Source of the DNA: an uncultured Alphaproteobacteria bacterium
GTDB lineage: Bacteria > Pseudomonadota > Alphaproteobacteria > HIMB59 > GCA-002718135
Reading direction: 5' to 3'
Assembly: GCA_902618385.1 (NCBI GenBank)
Contig: CACNAF010000003.1
Location: 6,852 to 70,851, forward strand
DNA: 64,000 nt
Below the pieces are notes generated by a model that was not told the origin of the DNA, made no database searches, and was given only the letters and a program-made list of their open reading frames with translations. This document shows, piece by piece, positions 54,204 through 63,485 of this stretch; the first letter of the stretch is position 1; each line of letters opens with the position of its first letter. A program made the position numbers and the translations under genes.

Positions 54204-55355
54204 ATGAAAAATATTGGTCTAATTGGTTGTGGTAATATAGCAGAGACCTATTTCCGTGCTCAGGAATATTTTAACAATATAAATTTTGTTGCTTGTGCTG
54301 ATATTAATTTAGATGCCGCTAAAAAAACAGCTGATCAATATAATATTATTCCTTTATCAGTTGATGAAATACTTAATGACAAGAATGTAGACATCATTCT
54401 TAATCTCACAATTCCCCAAGCGCATTATGAAATATCTAAAAGAGCTCTTGAGGCAAACAAACATGTTTATTGTGAAAAACCAATGAGTGTTAAGTTTGAT
54501 GAAGCAAAAGAATTATTAAATTTAGCAAAAAAAAATAGTCTCTACATTGGGAATGCACCCGATACTTTTTTAGGAGGAGGAGGTCAACTTACACGAAATT
54601 TAATTGACAACAATGATATTGGACAAGTTCTAACTGGTAATTTTATATTTGCTTTTCCTGGCGTTCAAGATTTTCATCCTAGTCCTGAGTCTTGGTTTCA
54701 AGAAGGAGGAGGACCGGTAATAGACATGGGTCCATATTTTTTTACCACCCTTGTTAATCTTCTAGGTCCGGTAAAAAATATAAGAGGAAGAGGAGCTAAA
54801 TTTTCTGATAAAAGAGAATACAAAGCTGGTCCAAAAAAAGGAGAAACTTTTAATGTTGAAATTCCAACTTCTTATATGTTTAATATTGAGTTTCAAAATA
54901 AAGCTATCATTCAAGGTTTCATTTCATTTGATGTTTTAAATCATAAACGTAATCATATGGAGCTTTATGGAACGAAAGGTTCAATAGTAGTGCCTGATCC
55001 AAATATGTTTGGTGGTCCAGTTTCCATATCTGGTGAGTTTGGATCTGAATGGAAAGATATTAGCGTAGAAGATAAACCCCTTGGAAAAACAAATATAGTT
55101 AACCATAGTGGAAGAAGTAATGAGGCGCCTGAACAAGCGAACTACAGGGGTATTGGGTTAGCCGAAATGATTGACGCTATCGAAAATAATAGAATGCATA
55201 GGTGTAATGGAGAACTTGCTCTTCACGTTCTAGATGTAATCGATTGTGCTATGATCTCTTCAATTTATAAAGTGGAAGTAGAGCTCCGTTCTTCGTGTGT
55301 GAAGCCTGAACCAATGCATGATGATTTCATAAGGCAAATCCTAAAAAAAATATAA
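54204..55355 (+). CDS. Gfo/Idh/MocA family oxidoreductase
   Basis: GCGNIA, HVYCEKP, GNAPDTFLG, GGGPVIDMGPY, ELYGTKG. Confidence 0.9.
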   Translation: MKNIGLIGCGNIAETYFRAQEYFNNINFVACADINLDAAKKTADQYNIIPLSVDEILNDKNVDIILNLTIPQAHYEISKRALEANKHVYCEKPMSVKFDEAKELLNLAKKNSLYIGNAPDTFLGGGGQLTRNLIDNNDIGQVLTGNFIFAFPGVQDFHPSPESWFQEGGGPVIDMGPYFFTTLVNLLGPVKNIRGRGAKFSDKREYKAGPKKGETFNVEIPTSYMFNIEFQNKAIIQGFISFDVLNHKRNHMELYGTKGSIVVPDPNMFGGPVSISGEFGSEWKDISVEDKPLGKTNIVNHSGRSNEAPEQANYRGIGLAEMIDAIENNRMHRCNGELALHVLDVIDCAMISSIYKVEVELRSSCVKPEPMHDDFIRQILKKI

Positions 55356-55467
55356 ATTTTGCTTCGCTATTGAATTAGTGCGATAATTTTACAGCCTAAT
55401 TCCCAATATTTCTCCTTGTTTTACATACCCATTCTTGCTAGGAAAATATTATTTATAGGAGGAATGC

Positions 55468-56433
55468 ATGAAAAAAATTGCTTCAATTATTCTTGCCTCT
55501 GTAGCGCTTTTTGCTACTTCAGCGAAGGCAGAATACAAATTTAACTTCGTAATGCACAGTGATACGAACAATGCTTTCTGGGCAGCTGTTCACAAAGGTT
55601 TTAAAGATGCTTGTGCACAAATTAATGCTGATTGCCAAATGTTAACTCTTTCAGGTGATGGAGACCAACAAGAGCAATTACAAAACTTAGAGTCTTCAAT
55701 AGCTCAAGGTGTTGATGGTATCGTAACTACAATTACTAACCCAACTATCTTTGATGCTGCAGTTGATGAAGCATTAGCTGCTGGTATTCCAGTAATTACA
55801 GCTAATACTGATGATCCAGAAGGTGCTGCTGGTAGTAACAGACTAGCATATGTTGGACAAGACTTAGAAGCAGCTGGTTATGAATTAACAGCTAATCTTT
55901 CTGAAATGTTTCCTGATGGAGATATTCACGTTCTAATCGGTGTTGCAGACATGAACCAATCATGGGCATACACTAGAGGAAACGGTATTGCACGTTTCAT
56001 GGAAGATTACAAAGCAGCTAACCCTGATAGAAAAGTAACTTATGAGAAAATCGAATCAGGTCTAGATCTTTCAACTGTTGGAAACAGAGTGGCAGCTTAT
56101 GTTCAAGCTAACCCAAATACAACTGCATATCTTGATGTAGGTTTCTGGGAAGCTGGTGCAGCTGCAGCAGTAAGAAACTTAGGTTACGGACCTGGTGAAA
56201 TACTTCTTGCTGGTTTTGACTTAGTTGACGTAGTTTTTGAAGAAATGGACAAAGGTTATGTTCAACTAACAGTTGACCAACAACCATACTACCAAGGTTA
56301 CATGTCAGTTCACCAATTATACTTAATGAACAAGTATGGTTTAAGTGCACTAGATATCAACACTGGTAAAGCTATGATTGGTCCTGATGATGTTGAAACA
56401 ATCAGATCATTCAAAGGAATGTCAGTTAGATAA
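55468..56433 (+). CDS. Sugar/cyclitol ABC substrate-binding protein
   Basis: Signal peptide (AKA-E), N.FW..V..G, YVGQD, AGFD, DQQPYYQGY; AGGAGG SD. Confidence 0.9.
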   Translation: MKKIASIILASVALFATSAKAEYKFNFVMHSDTNNAFWAAVHKGFKDACAQINADCQMLTLSGDGDQQEQLQNLESSIAQGVDGIVTTITNPTIFDAAVDEALAAGIPVITANTDDPEGAAGSNRLAYVGQDLEAAGYELTANLSEMFPDGDIHVLIGVADMNQSWAYTRGNGIARFMEDYKAANPDRKVTYEKIESGLDLSTVGNRVAAYVQANPNTTAYLDVGFWEAGAAAAVRNLGYGPGEILLAGFDLVDVVFEEMDKGYVQLTVDQQPYYQGYMSVHQLYLMNKYGLSALDINTGKAMIGPDDVETIRSFKGMSVR

Positions 56434-56440
56434 ATATCGT

Positions 56441-56472
56441 AACCAGGCTCTTTAAATAGAGCCTGGTTTTTT
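56441..56472 (+). terminator. Hairpin/partial terminator between SBP and permease
   Basis: AACCAGGCTCT-ttaaat-AGAGCCTGGTT followed by TTTT. Confidence 0.75.
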
Positions 56473-56485
56473 ATTAAAAAAAAAT

Positions 56486-57466
56486 ATGAGTAAAAATTTT
56501 AGTCTTAGAAGTTTATTAGTAAGACCAGAAGTAGCAACCTTCTTAATGTTTCTAGCAATAATGATTGGATTTTATATTGCTAATGAGAGATTTTTAGATG
56601 CAAGAAATATAAGAATAGTTATGGGTATTACACCCGAATATATTATTGTTGCAATTGGGATTGCAATATTAATGATCTCAGGTGAATTTGATTTATCTGT
56701 AGGCTCTGTTTTTGCATTAGTCCCGATGACTATTGTACAAATGGTGCATCAAGGGATACCACCTTGGTTTGCTATTTTTCTAGGATTAATGATTGGTATT
56801 ATTGTTGGTTTTGTTAATGGATTTATTACCTTAAGATTTGGAATCCCTTCTTTCATCGCAACTCTTGGAATGCTCTACATTGCTAGAAGTCTTACAACTG
56901 TAGCTACTGCAGGATTTCCACCACCATTTCCTCATATTTTACCAAATGAGTTATTTGTTTATCAATTTGAGTTATTTAGAGCTTCCTTGTACTGGGCTCT
57001 TTTAGTTGCCGTAGTTTTGGGTGTTATGCTTCACAGAAGTAATGTTGGTAACTGGATCTATGCAACTGGCGGAGATCAAAACGCAGCATCTTCAATGGGA
57101 ATAAAGACTGGAAACGTTAAAATGTTTTGTTTCATCTTATGTGGTTTTTTAGCTGGCTTTGCAGGAATGATTCAAACATTTAGATTGGAAGCACCATTAC
57201 CATCTCAAGGATACTTATTAGAATTAGAGTCAATTGCTGCAGCAGTTATTGGTGGTGTCAGTTTATTTGGAGGTATCGGAACAGTTTTTGGTGCCGTTAT
57301 TGGCGCAATACTAATCAGGTTTTTAGAAAGTGGAATCATTATGGCTAGAATAGATGCTGAATGGTTTAGAGCAGGTTTAGGTTCTTTAATTATCATAGCC
57401 GTAGTGTTTAATACTTATATAAGTAGAAGAGCGACACGAATTGGTCAAAACAAGGCAAAGGATTAA
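56486..57466 (+). CDS. Sugar ABC transporter permease
   Basis: GEFDLSVGS, PSFIATLG, GNWIYATGG, ELESIAAAVIGG. Confidence 0.92.
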   Translation: MSKNFSLRSLLVRPEVATFLMFLAIMIGFYIANERFLDARNIRIVMGITPEYIIVAIGIAILMISGEFDLSVGSVFALVPMTIVQMVHQGIPPWFAIFLGLMIGIIVGFVNGFITLRFGIPSFIATLGMLYIARSLTTVATAGFPPPFPHILPNELFVYQFELFRASLYWALLVAVVLGVMLHRSNVGNWIYATGGDQNAASSMGIKTGNVKMFCFILCGFLAGFAGMIQTFRLEAPLPSQGYLLELESIAAAVIGGVSLFGGIGTVFGAVIGAILIRFLESGIIMARIDAEWFRAGLGSLIIIAVVFNTYISRRATRIGQNKAKD

Positions 57467-57468
57467 AG

Positions 57469-58206
57469 ATGGAAGATATAATTGTTTGTGAGGGTCTAAA
57501 CAAATACTATTCAGGAGTTCATGCTTTAAAAGATTTAAGCTTAAAGATAAAAAAAGACTCTGTTGTTGGTCTTATTGGAGACAATGGTGCTGGTAAATCA
57601 ACATTAATTAAAATTTTATCTGGTGCACATCAACCTGACTCAGGTCATATATATTTTGAAGGTAATAAGGTTAAATTTAAATCTACAAAAGAAGCAATGA
57701 ATTTAGGTATTGAAACAATTTATCAGTATTCAGCTTTGATTCCTGAAATGTCTATTGCAAGAAATATTTTTATTGGACGTGAACAAACTCAATATAATGT
57801 TGGCAATTTTGGTTTGATGAAAACTAAAACCATGCAGGACGATGCGATGAAAGCATTAACAGATGTTGAACTGCATCTTCGATCTCCAGATACACCAGTT
57901 AACCAATTATCCGGAGGTGAAAGACAAGGTGTTGTCATTGCAAGAGCAATGTATTTTAAATCAAAAGTTTTAATATTAGACGAACCAACAAACCACCTAT
58001 CAGTAAAAGAAACAAATAAAGTACTAAGGTTTGTAGAAGGATTAAAAAGCCAAGGTGTGACATCAATATTTATTACTCACAACTTGAGTCATGTGTATCC
58101 TATTGCTGATCATTTATGTGTAATGGCAAGAGGTGAAAAAATTGCTGATTTGGATAAAAAGGATACAACAATAGATCATCTCACTGATTTATTAGTAAAT
58201 GGATAA
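57469..58206 (+). CDS. Sugar ABC transporter ATP-binding protein (single-domain)
   Basis: GDNGAGKST, LSGGERQ, LDEPT, TH switch. Confidence 0.93.
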   Translation: MEDIIVCEGLNKYYSGVHALKDLSLKIKKDSVVGLIGDNGAGKSTLIKILSGAHQPDSGHIYFEGNKVKFKSTKEAMNLGIETIYQYSALIPEMSIARNIFIGREQTQYNVGNFGLMKTKTMQDDAMKALTDVELHLRSPDTPVNQLSGGERQGVVIARAMYFKSKVLILDEPTNHLSVKETNKVLRFVEGLKSQGVTSIFITHNLSHVYPIADHLCVMARGEKIADLDKKDTTIDHLTDLLVNG

Positions 58207-58219
58207 TTTGGGAGGAATT

Positions 58220-59155
58220 ATGATTAGTGATGCGCAAATAAAACAATATAACGAAGAAGGTTATACGATCGTTGAAAATGTTTTTAGTATGGATGAGTTA
58301 AATCCAATATTAAATGAATTTGAAGAAATTGTTGATGATTTTGCAGAAAAAGCTTTTCAAGCTGGAAAAATTACAAACAAACATGATGATAAAGATGTTT
58401 TTAAAAGACTAGCTGCTCTCGAAAGAGATTTTAAAGGTTCTTCAGTTTTAATTCATCACAGAGGTGAATTAAAACCAGCCCTCGCTAACTTATGGGGATC
58501 AAAAAAACTTTTAGATATGGTTGAAAATTGGGTTGGCAAAGATATTTCTGGTCATCCTGTTTGGAATATTAGATCTAAAACACCTCAGACAGCTAGGATG
58601 ACAGTTCCATGGCACCAAGATTCTGCCTATTTAAAAGATGGAGCAGAAAAAACCACTCAGCCTGCTGCGTGGATTCCATTTCTAGATGTAAATAAAAATA
58701 ATGGATGCATGCAAGTTGTTCCTGGGGGACATAGACCTGAAAGAGTTTTGAATCATAAATTAGAAAAGAAAGATGGTTCAGTAAAAGATTCTTGGTATTT
58801 ATTTATTGAAGACAAAGATATTCCAGAGGAGAAAGTCGTCACTTGTGAAATGAAGGCTGGTTCAGTTTTATTTTTACATCAATTAGTTCCTCATCGATCA
58901 CTCGAAAATTTATCTGAGGATGTAAGATGGAGTGTTGACCTAAGATTTCAAAATCCAAAAGATGAAGCTGGTTTTCATACTGGTTTGGTTGATCCAATCA
59001 TAATGAGAAAATCAGAAGACCCAAGCTATACAGCTGATTGGGATTCTTGGTTTAAAGGCTATGAAGAAGAACACACTAAATTTAGAGGGACTGCAAAAAA
59101 AGACCAATTTGACTCCACAGTTGATGGGTCATGGTTAGAGCGTTGGGATAATTAA
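58220..59155 (+). CDS. PhyH-family Fe(II)/2-oxoglutarate dioxygenase
   Basis: PWHQDSAY (HxD), WIPF, NGCMQVVPGGH, PHRS, RWSVDLRF; GGAGG SD before ATG 58220. Confidence 0.88.
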   Translation: MISDAQIKQYNEEGYTIVENVFSMDELNPILNEFEEIVDDFAEKAFQAGKITNKHDDKDVFKRLAALERDFKGSSVLIHHRGELKPALANLWGSKKLLDMVENWVGKDISGHPVWNIRSKTPQTARMTVPWHQDSAYLKDGAEKTTQPAAWIPFLDVNKNNGCMQVVPGGHRPERVLNHKLEKKDGSVKDSWYLFIEDKDIPEEKVVTCEMKAGSVLFLHQLVPHRSLENLSEDVRWSVDLRFQNPKDEAGFHTGLVDPIIMRKSEDPSYTADWDSWFKGYEEEHTKFRGTAKKDQFDSTVDGSWLERWDN

Positions 59156-59169
59156 TTTAATTATCAAGC

Positions 59170-60147
59170 ATGGAAGTTAATCTCGATGATTGGTACAGAC
59201 CAGAAGTCGACAGAAAAAAATTAAAAGCCTTAAGTAAAAGAAGAGATCTACCTGGACTAATCCATTTCTTCTTTTATTTTTTATCTTTATTTATTTCAGG
59301 ATATTTAGCATACATTACTTTAGGTACGTGGTGGACATATCTATTCTTTTTTATTTATGGTACAATTTACGCGTTCAGTGTAGCAAACTGGCATGAAACT
59401 GTTCATCGAACTGCATTCAAGACTCGTTGGATAAATGAATTTTTTTATCACATCAGTTCTTTTATGTGTGATTTTGAAGGTTTTAGATGGCGTTGGAGTC
59501 ATACTTTTCATCATTCAAAAACATTACAAACAGAAGATGATTATGATCACGAAATTCAAGTATCAAGACCGATAGAATTATTTGCATTCTTTTTGAATTT
59601 TATACCTCTAACAGATTTATTATACCCACATAAATTAATTAAATTTGAAGTTTTAAAACATTCTTTTGGAAAATTCACTCCAGTTATTGATATAACTGCA
59701 CCAAAAGAAGAAAAGAAAAAAATTCTTTGGAACTCTAGATTATATGTCTTTATTTGGTTATCAGTCATTGCATATTCTTTTTACATAGGTTCTTTTTTAC
59801 CAATTATTTATATTATTCTTCCAACTTATATCGGAAAGCCAATTTGGTTTGCTGTTAATGTAACTCAACACTTAGCTGCTAAAGTCGATACTAAAGATCA
59901 CCGTTTAAGCACTTATTCTGTAAGAATAAACCCAATTTTAAGTTTTCTTTATTGGCATATGGAATATCATTTAGAACATCATATGTTCCCGATGATACCT
60001 TCCTATAATCTTAAAAAATTAAGAAAAGAAATAGACGATCAATTACCTAAACCTTTCAAAAGCTTATTTGAATTTTATAGACTTGTTCTTCCATCTGTTA
60101 TAGCTTTGGCCACTAATCCTGAAAAATATTATAAAGTAAAAATTTAA
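59170..60147 (+). CDS. Membrane di-iron desaturase/hydroxylase, rhizopine oxygenase MocD-like
   Basis: His boxes HETVH, HTFHH, QH and HLEHH; WY...DRK.LKAL..R.D N-terminus and DHRL....INP..FLYW.M.YH.EHHMFP recalled as MocD-like. Confidence 0.8.
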   Translation: MEVNLDDWYRPEVDRKKLKALSKRRDLPGLIHFFFYFLSLFISGYLAYITLGTWWTYLFFFIYGTIYAFSVANWHETVHRTAFKTRWINEFFYHISSFMCDFEGFRWRWSHTFHHSKTLQTEDDYDHEIQVSRPIELFAFFLNFIPLTDLLYPHKLIKFEVLKHSFGKFTPVIDITAPKEEKKKILWNSRLYVFIWLSVIAYSFYIGSFLPIIYIILPTYIGKPIWFAVNVTQHLAAKVDTKDHRLSTYSVRINPILSFLYWHMEYHLEHHMFPMIPSYNLKKLRKEIDDQLPKPFKSLFEFYRLVLPSVIALATNPEKYYKVKI

Positions 60148-60154
60148 TTGAACT

Positions 60155-61387
60155 ATGATTGATTTAAAAAATATTGAAGACATAATTATTAAAGAAAAAA
60201 ATATTTTAAGAAATAAATCAAAGAATTTTAGAGAAAATTTTTCAAAAATTGAAAAATATATTTTAAGTGAAATTATAAAAATAGAAGACTTAAAGAAAAA
60301 TAATAAACAAATTATTCCAGAGATTAAATTCCAAGATTTAAATTCAAATACAGAAGAATTTGAAAGAGAAGTTAAACAAAAAGGTTGTGTTATTATAAGA
60401 GATGTTTTTGAAGATAATATGATGGATGAAATGAATAAAAATTTAGAAAATTATATTGAAGAAAATAACTATTATGAAGATCAAAAGAAAAAAGCTGATT
60501 TAGATAAATATTTCAGTGAATTAAAATCAGGTAAACCGCAGATATTTGGATTGTATTGGTCAAAAACACAAGTGCAAATAAGACAATCTGCTGAAATGGA
60601 TGTTGTAAAAAAATGGTTAAATAATCTTTGGATCAATAAAAATAAAGATGAAGTAATTTTTGATCCTAATCAAGAACTTGTTTATGCTGATCGTATTCGA
60701 AGAAGAGAACCAGGAGACTCAACTTTAGGATTATCACCTCACTGCGATGCTGGCTCAGTTGAAAGATGGATAGATAAAGGGTATCAATCAGTTTACGAAA
60801 AAGTTTTTGCTGACAAATTTCTAGAATATGATCCCTTTAATGCTTCTTTTAGAAATAAAACTCAAGAAATAGAATCTCCTGCTGTTAGTCATGTCTTTAG
60901 AACTTTTCAAGGTTGGGTGGCTTTAACTCAACAAGGTCCTGGAGATGGTACACTGCAATTAATACCAATAGCAAAGTCCATGGCCTTTATTTTAACAAGA
61001 GCCTTAATGGAGGATGTAAATGAAAATGAATTATGTGGTTCTAAACCAGCAAGGGCACTGTCTGTTAATTCGACGTATCACTCTCTTTTATTAAGGGGAT
61101 TAGTCTCAATTCCAAAAATGAATGCAGGTGATACAGTGTGGTGGCATCCAGATGTAGTTCATGCAGTGGAAGATCATCATTCTGGAACAGGTTATTCAAA
61201 TGTGGTGTATGTTGGATCCACACCTTACTGTGAAAAAAATTTAGCTTATGCTCAAAAGCAATCCAAAAAATTTATCGAGGGAAAAAGCCCACCCGATTTT
61301 GCAGCTGAGGATTATGAAGTTACTTATAAAAACAGAGCTACAATTGACGACTTAACTCCTTTAGGAAAAAAACAACTAGCTTTATAA
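60155..61387 (+). CDS. YbiU/DUF1479 (Gig2-like) putative Fe-dependent oxygenase
   Basis: PQIFGLYWSK.Q, YADRIRRR.PGD, LSPHCDAGS.ERW, FRTFQGW, WWHPDVVHAVE, PPDF. Confidence 0.85.
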   Translation: MIDLKNIEDIIIKEKNILRNKSKNFRENFSKIEKYILSEIIKIEDLKKNNKQIIPEIKFQDLNSNTEEFEREVKQKGCVIIRDVFEDNMMDEMNKNLENYIEENNYYEDQKKKADLDKYFSELKSGKPQIFGLYWSKTQVQIRQSAEMDVVKKWLNNLWINKNKDEVIFDPNQELVYADRIRRREPGDSTLGLSPHCDAGSVERWIDKGYQSVYEKVFADKFLEYDPFNASFRNKTQEIESPAVSHVFRTFQGWVALTQQGPGDGTLQLIPIAKSMAFILTRALMEDVNENELCGSKPARALSVNSTYHSLLLRGLVSIPKMNAGDTVWWHPDVVHAVEDHHSGTGYSNVVYVGSTPYCEKNLAYAQKQSKKFIEGKSPPDFAAEDYEVTYKNRATIDDLTPLGKKQLAL

Positions 61388-61388
61388 A

Positions 61389-61814
61389 TTACCAACTTCC
61401 AGAATTTTCCATAGACTTCCATGGTTCCTGTTCTGGTAAAGATTCCCCTTCTTGTAATATCTCAATGGAAATTCCATCGGGAGAGCGGACAAAAGCCATA
61501 TGTCCATCACGAGGTGGTCTATTAATTGTGACGCCGTTATTCATTAATTTTTCACACACTTCATAAATATTGTTAACACTGTAAGCTAGATGACCAAAGT
61601 TTCTGCCCCCAGTATATTTTTCAGGATCCCAATTATATGTTAATTCAAGAAGACCCGTTCTTTCATCGCTATTTTCAGCACCTAAAAATATGAGGGTAAA
61701 ACGACCTTTTTCGTTTTCAACTCGTCGTACTTCTTTTAATCCAAGTTTGTTACAATAAAAGTCTAGCGAAGCATCAATATTCTCAACCCTCACCATTGTG
61801 TGTAAATATTTCAT
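61389..61814 (-). CDS. gloA: Lactoylglutathione lyase (glyoxalase I / VOC family)
   Basis: YLHTMVRV, ELTYNWD, GRNFGHLAY, RPPRDG.MAFVRSPDGISIE. Confidence 0.88.
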   Translation of the reverse strand: MKYLHTMVRVENIDASLDFYCNKLGLKEVRRVENEKGRFTLIFLGAENSDERTGLLELTYNWDPEKYTGGRNFGHLAYSVNNIYEVCEKLMNNGVTINRPPRDGHMAFVRSPDGISIEILQEGESLPEQEPWKSMENSGSW

Positions 61815-61907
61815 AAAAACTAATAAATATTAACACAATTTTAATTTTATTTTCAATTGTTATTTTACCTATTTCACGTAAGATAAAAAGCAAATAGGGA
61901 GGAATTA

Positions 61908-63440
61908 ATGAAAAAGAAAAAAGAATTAAAAATCTCTAGACGTACAGTTATGAAAGGAGCTCTTGCTGCAGGTGCAATGATGTCAGCAGGATCTATACCT
62001 TCAAAACTATTTGCTGGAGAATATAATATTCCTGATCCACTAAAACCATTACCAACAACTGGTGGTAATATGAGATGGATTGATAGTGGTGATATGAAAG
62101 GTGTCTTTTGGAAAAAATTATTTCCAGAATATGCAGCTTCAAGAGGCATAACTATTGAATATGATGGATTGCCATGGAAAGAAATAAACAAAATTGTTCC
62201 AATCGCTATAAGAAATGGAACTGTTCATGATGTATTCCAATTACCTTTAGGAATGGATCCAGGTGTTGCAGTAGCTGAAGGTTGGGTGCAACCTTGGGAT
62301 GACTACATTGAAAATATCGATGAATGGTTAGCTGCATTTCCTAGTGGTGTTTATCTACCTGGTGTCAACCAATTCAATGGAAAGACTTATGGTACATGCT
62401 TAACAGCAAACAAGAGAACGGGAACCTGTCTATTGTATAGTGAAAAATACATGAGTGAGGCTGGTTATGATCCTCAAGCTGGTCGTATGACCTATTCTGA
62501 AATCAGAGATGCTGCAAAAAAAATTACTAAAAATGGTAATGGTCAGTATTATGGTTGGATTATTGGTGGTAACCAAGTTAATCGATGGGAAGATGTTGTC
62601 CATACGTTTGGACAAGTAGGTGGAGCACATAGCGGAAGAGGTGGATTCACAAACAGACACATCAACTTCCAAAATGGTAAATTCCAAATTGCATCTGATC
62701 AATATATGGAAGCAGTTGAATTACTTCTTCAATTAAAATCAGATGGTAGTGCTTTCCCAGGAGTTATGAGTATGAACGCTCCTCAAGCTAGAGCTTTGAT
62801 GCCACAAGGTGCAGCAGGAATGATATTCCAAGGCCCTTGGTGTATTGGAGTTTGGGGAAGAGATGCTCCAGATTGGAAATATGGTATTGCAAGTGAACCA
62901 GTTCCAGATGGAAAAGAAGCACAACCACTTTACATTGCAGAAGGTGGATCAAATACTTTTTGGTTAAGTGCTAATAGTACAATGGGACCATTTGCTGGTG
63001 ATCTGATTAGATTTATGGGAACTGAGCAAGGTCAAATTTACTGGGCTCAAACTGTTGGTGCAGCAGACCCTGCTGTTAATCCAGATGCAGTTGCTAAAGC
63101 TGGTTTAACCGGACCATCAGCACAAGCTTTAGCTATGTTTGCTGAAAACATACTTGTTGGACCTAATCCAATTGTAAGAAATAAAGATGTTGGTATTGTA
63201 GCTGCAAAGTCTAGAGTACCAGATCCTTCTTTGGCTCTAGTTATTCAAGGGTTGTATACTGGACAACTTAAAGGTGTGGAAGCACAACTTAAAGATTGTA
63301 ATCAAAGGTATGAAGATGCTCTTGATAAAGCTGTTGAAGAGGCAAGAGCAGACGGTGCTAATGTAACTCGTGATGATTGGGTCTTCCCTAATTGGGATGT
63401 ATACTCAAACTACGGTGCTGAAAAGTATCAAGAACTTTAA
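61908..63440 (+). CDS. ABC substrate-binding protein (family 1, CUT1) with Tat signal peptide
   Basis: SRRTVMKG twin-arginine leader, G.AGMIFQGPW; followed by a CUT1 permease; GGGAGG SD. Confidence 0.85.
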   Translation: MKKKKELKISRRTVMKGALAAGAMMSAGSIPSKLFAGEYNIPDPLKPLPTTGGNMRWIDSGDMKGVFWKKLFPEYAASRGITIEYDGLPWKEINKIVPIAIRNGTVHDVFQLPLGMDPGVAVAEGWVQPWDDYIENIDEWLAAFPSGVYLPGVNQFNGKTYGTCLTANKRTGTCLLYSEKYMSEAGYDPQAGRMTYSEIRDAAKKITKNGNGQYYGWIIGGNQVNRWEDVVHTFGQVGGAHSGRGGFTNRHINFQNGKFQIASDQYMEAVELLLQLKSDGSAFPGVMSMNAPQARALMPQGAAGMIFQGPWCIGVWGRDAPDWKYGIASEPVPDGKEAQPLYIAEGGSNTFWLSANSTMGPFAGDLIRFMGTEQGQIYWAQTVGAADPAVNPDAVAKAGLTGPSAQALAMFAENILVGPNPIVRNKDVGIVAAKSRVPDPSLALVIQGLYTGQLKGVEAQLKDCNQRYEDALDKAVEEARADGANVTRDDWVFPNWDVYSNYGAEKYQEL

Positions 63441-63451
63441 ACAAAATATCT

Positions 63452-63482
63452 AAAGGCGAATTTTTTAAATTCGCCTTTTTTT
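63452..63482 (+). terminator. Hairpin/partial terminator between SBP and permease
   Basis: AAAGGCGAATTT-ttt-AAATTCGCCTTT followed by TTTT. Confidence 0.75.
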
Positions 63483-63485
63483 ACT

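Noticed and set aside
61868-61898. CCTATTT/AAATAGG inverted repeat touching the SD of the Tat-exported SBP
   Set aside because: Only 7 bp, and the left arm falls inside a likely promoter spacer (TTGTTA-N16-TAAGAT), so it is probably not transcribed.
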